Under the pieces are notes generated by a model. It did not search any database. It was not told where the DNA came from and saw only the letters and a list, made by a program, of their open reading frames with translations. A program made the position numbers and the translations under genes. DNA of 21,549 bases from Candidatus Rokuibacteriota bacterium (GTDB taxonomy: Bacteria > Methylomirabilota > Methylomirabilia > Rokubacteriales > DASRDR01): contig JBIOTN010000048.1 of NCBI GenBank assembly GCA_044866005.1, positions 1-21,549 on the forward strand. Direction: 5' to 3'. This document shows positions 1 through 10,573 of the stretch, piece after piece. Every line of letters starts with the position of its first letter. Positions within the stretch are counted from its first letter, which is position 1.

Positions 1-21
1 GGCAAAAGCCGCCGCTCGGAG
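1..21 (-). repeat. Partial inverted copy of REP-like repeat family 1 (truncated by window edge)
   Basis: ggcaaaagccgccgctcggag is the reverse complement of ctccgagcggcggcttttgcc, which differs by one base from the start of the copy at 10498 (ctccgagcggcggcttctgcc). Confidence 0.7.
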
Positions 22-132
22 CGCCCCGGCGCCAGCGGAGCGCCTGACTGCACGGTCGGCGGCGCCTCCTCCGTCGAGAGCGAGGCTCCCTCAACCCGGC
101 TTCCCCAAGTCGGCTCGTCCGCCGGAGCCCGG

Positions 133-141
133 TGGTATCTT
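133..141 (+). promoter_or_regulatory. Putative extended -10 element of the ccm operon
   Basis: TGgTATCTT ends 10 nt before ATG 152; no SD-like sequence lies between them. Confidence 0.45.
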
Positions 142-151
142 GGGACGCGAA

Positions 152-856
152 ATGATCGAGGTCGCGGGTCTCAGCAAGGCCTACGGGAGGACGGTCGCGC
201 TCCGCGGGGTGAGCCTGACGGTGCCGCAGGGCTGCGTGCTCGCGCTCCTCGGCGCCAACGGCTCGGGCAAGACGACGCTGCTCCGCCTCCTGGCGACGCT
301 CGTCCGGCCGACGGCGGGGGGCGGCCGCATCGCGGGGCACGATCTCATCATGGAGCGCGACGCGATCCGGCGGCGCATCGGCCTGGTGGGCCACGCCACG
401 CAGCTCTACGACGACCTCACCGCGGAGGAGAACCTCGCATTCGCGACCGCGATGGCAGGGGGACGGCCCGACCCCGCCGCCATCACCGCCGCGCTAGGCC
501 GGGTCGGGATGGAGGCCCAGCGGGGCGCGCGCGTGCGGGAGCTCTCCAGCGGCATGCGACGGCGCCTGGCACTCGCGCGCGCCATGATCCGGCGCCCCGG
601 CGTCCTCCTCCTCGACGAGCCGTTCGCCGGACTGGATCGGGACAGCGTCAAGCGCCTGGAGGGCTACCTCCAGGACTTCCGGGCGGAGGGCGGCGCCGCG
701 GTGCTGGTCACTCACAACCTCGGCCGGGGTCTCGCGGTCGCCGACCGCGTGGCGATCCTCGCGGCGGGCCGGCTCGCCGTGGACCAGCCGCGCGGCGCGC
801 TCACGCCGGACGATCTCCAGCGGCTCTACCTGGCGGCGACGGAGACCGGCACGTGA
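152..856 (+). CDS. ccmA: Heme exporter ABC ATP-binding subunit CcmA
   Basis: Walker A GANGSGKT, signature LSSGMRRR, Walker B LLLDEP, H-loop LVTH; first gene of the ccm cluster; ATG 152 preferred over TTG 140. Confidence 0.93.
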   Translation: MIEVAGLSKAYGRTVALRGVSLTVPQGCVLALLGANGSGKTTLLRLLATLVRPTAGGGRIAGHDLIMERDAIRRRIGLVGHATQLYDDLTAEENLAFATAMAGGRPDPAAITAALGRVGMEAQRGARVRELSSGMRRRLALARAMIRRPGVLLLDEPFAGLDRDSVKRLEGYLQDFRAEGGAAVLVTHNLGRGLAVADRVAILAAGRLAVDQPRGALTPDDLQRLYLAATETGT

Positions 857-1533
857 GGGCCTGGGCGCGAAGCGCCTGGGCGGTCTTCTGGAAGGATGTC
901 CTCGTCGAACGGCGGGCCAAGGAGGGCGCCAATGCGCTGGCGTTCTTCGCCATCCTGCTCCTGATCCTGTTCTACTTTGCGCTCGGCCCGGACCGGGAGC
1001 GCATCCGGACGGCGCTGCCCGGTCTCTTCTGGCTCGCCTTCCTCCTGGCCGGGCTGCTCGCGCTCGGCCGGTCGTTCGCCGTGGAGCGCGAGAACGACTG
1101 CCTGGACGGCCTCGTCCTGGCGGTCGGGGACAAGGGCGGGATCTATCTCGGGAAGGTGGCCGGGACGACCGCGCTCATGCTCGGGATGGAGGTCGCCTTC
1201 ATCGTCGCGACCGGGTTTCTCTACAACCTCGATCTCTGGCCGGCGGTGCCGCGGCTCCTCGGCGTCGCCCTTTTCGGGACCGTCGGCTTCGCCGCCGTCG
1301 GGACGCTCTTCGCCGCCATGACGGCGCACCTCCGGGCGCGCGAGGTCCTCCTGCCCGTGCTCCTCCTGCCGCTCCTGGTCCCGGTGCTCCTGGCCGCCGT
1401 GCGGCTGACGGAGGGCGCGCTGGCGGGGGAGGAAATCACGGCGGCCGCGGCCTGGTGGCAGCTCCTGCTCGGCTTCGACGTCGTGTTCGTCGTCGCGGGG
1501 CTGCTCACCTTCGAATTCGTGCTCGAGGCCTGA
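853..1533 (+). CDS. ccmB: Heme exporter permease CcmB
   Basis: Hydrophobic multi-TM protein with F..E.E.D.LDGL motif and REVLLPVLLLPLLVPVLL; GTGA overlap with the ccmA stop. Confidence 0.93.
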   Translation: MRAWARSAWAVFWKDVLVERRAKEGANALAFFAILLLILFYFALGPDRERIRTALPGLFWLAFLLAGLLALGRSFAVERENDCLDGLVLAVGDKGGIYLGKVAGTTALMLGMEVAFIVATGFLYNLDLWPAVPRLLGVALFGTVGFAAVGTLFAAMTAHLRAREVLLPVLLLPLLVPVLLAAVRLTEGALAGEEITAAAAWWQLLLGFDVVFVVAGLLTFEFVLEA

Positions 1534-1536
1534 GGG

Positions 1537-2196
1537 GTGTCCCGCGTCCTCGGCGGCGCCGCCGTCCTCCTGCTTCTCGCCGGGGTCGCCACCGGGCTCG
1601 GACTGGCCCCCCGCGACGCCGTGCAGGGCAACGTCCAGCGGATCATGTACGTGCACGTCCCGGCCATCCTGACCGCTTACGCCGCGATCGCCGTGGTCCT
1701 GGTGGCGAGCGTCGCCTATCTGTGGAGGCGCCGCTCCGCCTGGGACCGGGTCGCGGCCGCCGCCGGCGAGCTCGCGGTCTGCTTCATCGGACTCGCGATC
1801 CTGACCGGCGCGATCTGGGGGAAGCCGACCTGGGGGACCTGGTGGACCTGGGACGCCCGGCTGACCTCGACGGCGCTCCTCTTCGTGGTCTACCTGGGCT
1901 ATCTCCTCCTCCGTAGCGTCGTCGACGACCCCGAGCGCGCCGCCACCTACGCGGCGGTCGTGGGCATCGTGGGCGCTCTCGACGTGCCGATCATCCACTT
2001 CTCCGTGCAGTGGTGGCGGACGCTCCACCAGCCCGCGACGCTGCTCCGTCCGCAGGCGCCGACGATGGACCGGGCCATGCTGGTCGCCCTGGCAATCAAC
2101 GTCGCCGCGTTCCTCTGCACGTTCGCCTACCTGGCCGCACGGCGCTACCGCCTGCTGACCCTCGAGGCGGAGGCCGAGCGCCGCGCCTGGTCGTGA
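1537..2196 (+). CDS. ccmC: Heme exporter/heme-handling protein CcmC
   Basis: RIMYVHVP, WWD motif WGKPTWGTWWTWDARLT and WWRTLHQ, including both heme-ligand His residues. Confidence 0.96.
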   Translation: MSRVLGGAAVLLLLAGVATGLGLAPRDAVQGNVQRIMYVHVPAILTAYAAIAVVLVASVAYLWRRRSAWDRVAAAAGELAVCFIGLAILTGAIWGKPTWGTWWTWDARLTSTALLFVVYLGYLLLRSVVDDPERAATYAAVVGIVGALDVPIIHFSVQWWRTLHQPATLLRPQAPTMDRAMLVALAINVAAFLCTFAYLAARRYRLLTLEAEAERRAWS

Positions 2197-2231
2197 GCCC
2201 GGTCCGGGCGCGCCGGCCCGCTGGAAGTCTG

Positions 2232-2240
2232 TGGTACGCT
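2232..2240 (+). promoter_or_regulatory. Putative internal extended -10 promoter for ccmD-I
   Basis: TGgTACGCT in the 70-bp gap between ccmC and ccmD. Confidence 0.4.
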
Positions 2241-2266
2241 GCGGGCGTGGAGGGCCGCGAGCGGGC

Positions 2267-2389
2267 ATGACGCACTGGCCATTCGTGCTCGCCGCCTACG
2301 CGGCGGCGGCCGCGATACTGCTCGGATACTGGTGGCGCGTGGAACGGCGGATCCGCGCCCTCGAGCGACCGCCGGGGGCGCCGCGGTGA
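2267..2389 (+). CDS. ccmD: Heme exporter protein CcmD (40 aa; absent from the ORF track)
   Basis: Manual translation MTHWPFVLAAYAAAAAILLGYWWRVERRIRALERPPGAPR*: one TM with F-V-x-x-A-Y followed by a basic tail; lies between ccmC and ccmE; stop overlaps the ccmE GTG (GTGA). Confidence 0.88.
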   Translation: MTHWPFVLAAYAAAAAILLGYWWRVERRIRALERPPGAPR

Positions 2390-2865
2390 GGCTCCGGGCC
2401 TATCGGAAATTCCTGATCGGCGGCGGCGTCATCGCGCTCGTCCTGGCCGGGCTCGTGCTGACCGGCATCCGGCAATCGGTCGTCTACTTCGTGACCCCCT
2501 CGGAGCTGCGGGCCGCGACGGGGCAGACGGCGGGGAGGGCCTATCGGCTCGGCGGCATGGTCGTGCCGGGGTCGCTCCGGAAGGACGCTCGGACGATCGA
2601 GCAGCGCTTCCTCCTGACCGACGGCAAGACGACCGTCCCCGTGCGCTTCCGCGGAACGCCACCGGACCTCTTCGCCGAGGGGCGCGGCGCGGTGGTCGAG
2701 GGGCGCGTCGACCCCGACGGGACCTTCCACGCGAGCAGCATCATGGCGAAGCACTCCGAGGAGTACCGCGCGCCCCACGACGCGCAGGCGGGGTACCAGG
2801 AACTCCTGCGCACGCTCCGCGGGGACGACGCCCGCGCGGCGCAACCGGCCCGGCCGCGGCCGTGA
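2386..2865 (+). CDS. ccmE: Heme chaperone CcmE (His-type)
   Basis: N-terminal TM, YFVTPSEL, RLGGMV, PDLFAEGRGAVVEG and heme-binding AKHSEEY (HxxxY); GTG 2386 start. Confidence 0.95.
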   Translation: MRLRAYRKFLIGGGVIALVLAGLVLTGIRQSVVYFVTPSELRAATGQTAGRAYRLGGMVVPGSLRKDARTIEQRFLLTDGKTTVPVRFRGTPPDLFAEGRGAVVEGRVDPDGTFHASSIMAKHSEEYRAPHDAQAGYQELLRTLRGDDARAAQPARPRP

Positions 2866-2875
2866 CGGCTTGCCG

Positions 2876-4822
<1,947 letters not shown>

Positions 4823-4829
4823 GCGCGCC

Positions 4830-5357
4830 ATGTGGAAACGCTGGGTCCTGCCGCTTGCCGCCGTCCCGGTCCTGGCGCTCCTGGCCTTCGGCTTCCGGAC
4901 GGACCCGCGGGCCGTCCCCTCGCCGCTGGTGGGACGCCCGGCCCCCGGCTTCACGCTGACCTCGTTCGACGGCGAGCCGGTGCGCCTCGAGGCGCTCCGG
5001 GGGCGGGTGGTCGTCCTCAACTTCTGGGCGTCGTGGTGCTACCCGGCGTGCTACGAGGAAGCGCCGGCGCTCGAGGCCGCGTGGCGGACCCATCGCGAGC
5101 GCGGTCTCGTCGTGGTCGGCGTGGACATCCAGGACACGGAGGCGGCCGGACGCCGGTTCATCGCCGAGCTCGGGCTGACCTTCCCGAACGCGCCCGACCC
5201 GAAAGGCACGGTCTCGATCGACTACGGCGTGTACGGCGTGCCCGAGACCTTCGTCATCGACCGGCGGGGCATCATCCGGCAGAAGCACGTCGGGGCCTTC
5301 ACGCTCGACGCCGCCCGGCGGGCGATCGAGCCCCTGCTCGCGGAGGTCACGGGATGA
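4830..5357 (+). CDS. ccmG: Thiol:disulfide oxidoreductase CcmG/DsbE (TlpA-like), with CxxxC variant site
   Basis: N-terminal anchor, PSPLVGRPAP, VVLNFWASWC, YGVYGVPETFVID; located between ccmF and ccmH. Confidence 0.9.
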   Translation: MWKRWVLPLAAVPVLALLAFGFRTDPRAVPSPLVGRPAPGFTLTSFDGEPVRLEALRGRVVVLNFWASWCYPACYEEAPALEAAWRTHRERGLVVVGVDIQDTEAAGRRFIAELGLTFPNAPDPKGTVSIDYGVYGVPETFVIDRRGIIRQKHVGAFTLDAARRAIEPLLAEVTG

Positions 5358-5806
5358 GGCGCGGGCTCGCCGGACTCGTCCCCCTCCTCGCCTTGACGGT
5401 CGCCACCGTGGCCGGCGCGGCGCCGGTGAACGAAGAGGCGGTGACGCAGATCGCCTCTCAGCTGCGCTGCGTCGTCTGCCAGAACCTCTCGGTCGCGGAC
5501 TCGCCCTCCGAGATGGCCCGCCAGATGCGCGAGGTGATCCGCGAGCGCCTGACCCAGGGCGAAACGCCTCAACAGGTCACGGCTTACTTCGTGGACAAGT
5601 ACGGCGAGTGGATCCTGCTCTCGCCGCGCCCGGAAGGCTTCAACCTCCTGGTCTGGATCCTTCCCTTCGCCGGCCTCTTCGTGGGGCTCGGGATCGTGCT
5701 GCTCGTCGCCCTGCGGTGGACGCGGCAGCCGCCCGACGCGCCGGAGGCCCTGTCACCCGGTGACCGGGAGCGGGTGAAGGAGGAGCTCGAGCGCCTTGGC
5801 GAGTAG
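5354..5806 (+). CDS. ccmH: Cytochrome c biogenesis protein CcmH (150 aa)
   Basis: Signal peptide, LRCVVCQNLSVADS motif, YGEWILLSP, C-terminal TM; ATG 5354 overlaps the ccmG stop (ATGA); this is the C-terminal part of track ORF 4832..5806. Confidence 0.95.
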   Translation: MRRGLAGLVPLLALTVATVAGAAPVNEEAVTQIASQLRCVVCQNLSVADSPSEMARQMREVIRERLTQGETPQQVTAYFVDKYGEWILLSPRPEGFNLLVWILPFAGLFVGLGIVLLVALRWTRQPPDAPEALSPGDRERVKEELERLGE

Positions 5807-5815
5807 CAAGGCCAT

Positions 5816-5979
5816 GCCGAGACCCGTGGCGATCCTGGTCTCGGCGGCGGCGTGCTCGGTCCCCCGCCCCCCGGCCGTCGCCGCGGAGGGGCGTCCTCGG
5901 TCGTCGGCCCGCCTCGAGGTATGCGGCATACCCCTCGGGCGGGGCTCCTCCCTTGCGTCCTTGGTCTGCTGGGGGTCGG
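5816..5979. other. Structured GC-rich intergenic spacer (multiple inverted repeats)
   Basis: gccgagacc/ggtctcggc (5816-5845); cccgcc-cgag-gtatg/catac-ctcg-ggcggg (5908-5943); outer ggaggggc/gctcctcc. Confidence 0.5.
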
Positions 5980-6003
5980 CCCGGTAGGTCGGAGCGGCAG
6001 CTG

Positions 6004-6897
6004 ATGACGACGGCCCTCGCGCTGCTCGCCTTCGCCATCCCCGCGGCAGCGTTCGTGCTCTGGCCGCTGCTGCGGCCGCGGCGGGGCGAGCCGGCGAGCC
6101 CGCCCGCCGACCTCCGGGGGGCGCTCGACGCCGACAAGCTCGTCGCCCTCCGCGCCCTCCGCGAGCTCGCCCTCGAGCACGCCGCCGGCCACATCGCCGA
6201 GGACGATTACGCCGAGCTCCGGGCCCGCTACGAGGCGCGCGCGAGCGTCATCCTCAAACGACTGGACGCCTTGCCGCCGCCCGCCGGGGCGCCGGCCGCC
6301 CCGCCGCCCGGCGCCGGCCCCGTCCCCTGGACGCGGCGCCCGCTCGTTCTCGCCGGGAGCGCCCTCGGCCTGGTCGGCTTCGGCGTGCTGCTCGGGACCC
6401 TCGTCGTTCGCTCGAGTCAGCCCGAGCCGCCCGCCGCCCCGGCCGCGGCCGCCTCCGAGCCCGCACCGCCCGTCGCCGAGGGCGAGCGGAGCCGGTCGGG
6501 GCCGATACCGAAGCCGATGCTGGAGGGGATGCTCCAGGCGGCCCACGCGAGCCTGGACGCGGGGCGCTACCAGGAAGCGATCGCCGCCTACAAGGCCGTG
6601 CTCGGCCGCGAGCCGGACAACGTAGACGCCATCACCCACCTCGGCGTGATCCTGGCGATCGCGGGGCACGCCGAGGGCGCCCTCGAGGCTTTCGACCGCG
6701 CCCTCGCGCTCCAGCCCGGCTACCCCCACGCGCTCTGGGACAAGGCCCGGGTCCTCTACGAGCTCCGGCAGGACTACGCCGGCGCCATCGCGGCATGGGA
6801 GCAGTTCCTGCGGGTGGCGCCTCCGGGCGAAGATCGCCAGCGCGCGGAGAGCCGGATTCGCGAGGCGCGGGCGCGGCTGGCAGGCGCCCGCCCGTAG
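6004..6897 (+). CDS. ccmI: CcmI/CycH-like TPR apocytochrome chaperone
   Basis: N-terminal TM ending VLWPLLR, LRELALEHAAGHIAEDDYAELRARYE (CcmI-type cytoplasmic loop), second TM, periplasmic TPRs; last gene of the ccm cluster. Confidence 0.85.
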   Translation: MTTALALLAFAIPAAAFVLWPLLRPRRGEPASPPADLRGALDADKLVALRALRELALEHAAGHIAEDDYAELRARYEARASVILKRLDALPPPAGAPAAPPPGAGPVPWTRRPLVLAGSALGLVGFGVLLGTLVVRSSQPEPPAAPAAAASEPAPPVAEGERSRSGPIPKPMLEGMLQAAHASLDAGRYQEAIAAYKAVLGREPDNVDAITHLGVILAIAGHAEGALEAFDRALALQPGYPHALWDKARVLYELRQDYAGAIAAWEQFLRVAPPGEDRQRAESRIREARARLAGARP

Positions 6898-6939
6898 GCG
6901 CGGGCGGGCACCGGGATGCGAAGCTCGTCGGCCCGGCGC

Positions 6940-7014
6940 AAAAAAAAACGGTCGGCGTGAGGATTTCTCCGTACCCCCGGGAGGGCTGAGGGAACGGCGG
7001 TCTCACGCCGACCG
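6940..7014 (-). terminator. Intrinsic terminator on the minus strand
   Basis: Perfect 13-bp inverted repeat cggtcggcgtgag (6949-6961)/ctcacgccgaccg (7002-7014) abutting A9 (6940-6948), which reads as a U9 tail on the minus strand. Confidence 0.8.
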
Positions 7015-7123
7015 GTGATCGGCCAGCCAAGGGCATTCATGCATCCATCCCCCGGGAGGGCTGGGGGAAGGCTCTCGGCCAGCCGATGCGTATTCGATTG
7101 TGGTCGCGCACTCGCGCGCTGCC
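6940..7123 (-). ncRNA. Putative sigma54-dependent sRNA with two AGCCCUCCC loops
   Basis: Bounded by a -24/-12 promoter and a U9 terminator; three stem-loops; 21-nt motif duplicated at 6974-6994 and 7049-7069 (20/21 identical); G-U wobbles favour minus-strand folding. Confidence 0.7.
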
Positions 7124-7133
7124 AGACGGGTAG

Positions 7134-7149
7134 TGCAAGGGCGCTGCCA
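7134..7149 (-). promoter_or_regulatory. sigma54 (RpoN) -24/-12 promoter
   Basis: Minus strand reads TGGCAGCGCCCTTGCA against consensus TGGCACGNNNNTTGCW, with exact GG-N10-GC spacing; predicted +1 near 7123. Confidence 0.75.
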
Positions 7150-7267
7150 GGCCCCAGGGGCCGGCCAAATGGCCGTCGGCTCCCCCCCGGTCGCCGTCCT
7201 GTCCTGTGCGGAACGTCACCGGACCGCCGGCTCCGTTACGGTTTCGAACATCGCGAGGGCGGAGCGA

Positions 7268-7297
7268 TTGACCCTCCCGCAACCCGCGTGGTCTAAT
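7268..7297 (+). promoter_or_regulatory. sigma70-type promoter of the flippase-like gene
   Basis: TTGACC-18 nt-TCTAAT with an extended TG; ends 9 nt before ATG 7307. Confidence 0.55.
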
Positions 7298-7306
7298 CGG
7301 AACCGC

Positions 7307-10358
<3,052 letters not shown>

Positions 10359-10497
10359 GGCGGGCTGCTTGCCGAACGCGAACACCGAGGGTGCAGGGAG
10401 CCGGAGGGCGACATAGCCCCCTTCCGCAAGTCCTAGAGATGTGTCGGGTTAACCGCACGGCGATTTTACGCTGGGCCGCCGCGCGCGTGCTGGTCCA

Positions 10498-10566
10498 CTC
10501 CGAGCGGCGGCTTCTGCCGCCGCAACCGAGGGGGGGCATCGGGGGGGTCTTCCGAGACCCCCCCGA
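10498..10566 (+). repeat. REP-like repeat family 1, copy A
   Basis: ctccgag-[gcggcggc ttct gccgccgc]-aaccgagggggggca-[tcgggggggtct tccg agacccccccga]; near-identical to the copies at 14759 and 17519. Confidence 0.85.
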
Positions 10567-10573
10567 GAAACTA

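Noticed and set aside
4832..5353. N-terminal extension of ccmH in the ORF track (324 aa)
   Set aside because: Overlaps ccmG in another frame; the real start is ATG 5354, with a signal peptide and ATGA coupling
6949..7014. Hairpin as the intrinsic terminator of the ccm operon (+ strand)
   Set aside because: No U-tract follows the stem on the + strand; the A9 run precedes it, so polarity is minus
7015..7296. Short ORFs in the ccmI-flippase intergenic region and the 7100 upstream start
   Set aside because: No protein-like features; the region is better explained by the sRNA and divergent promoters
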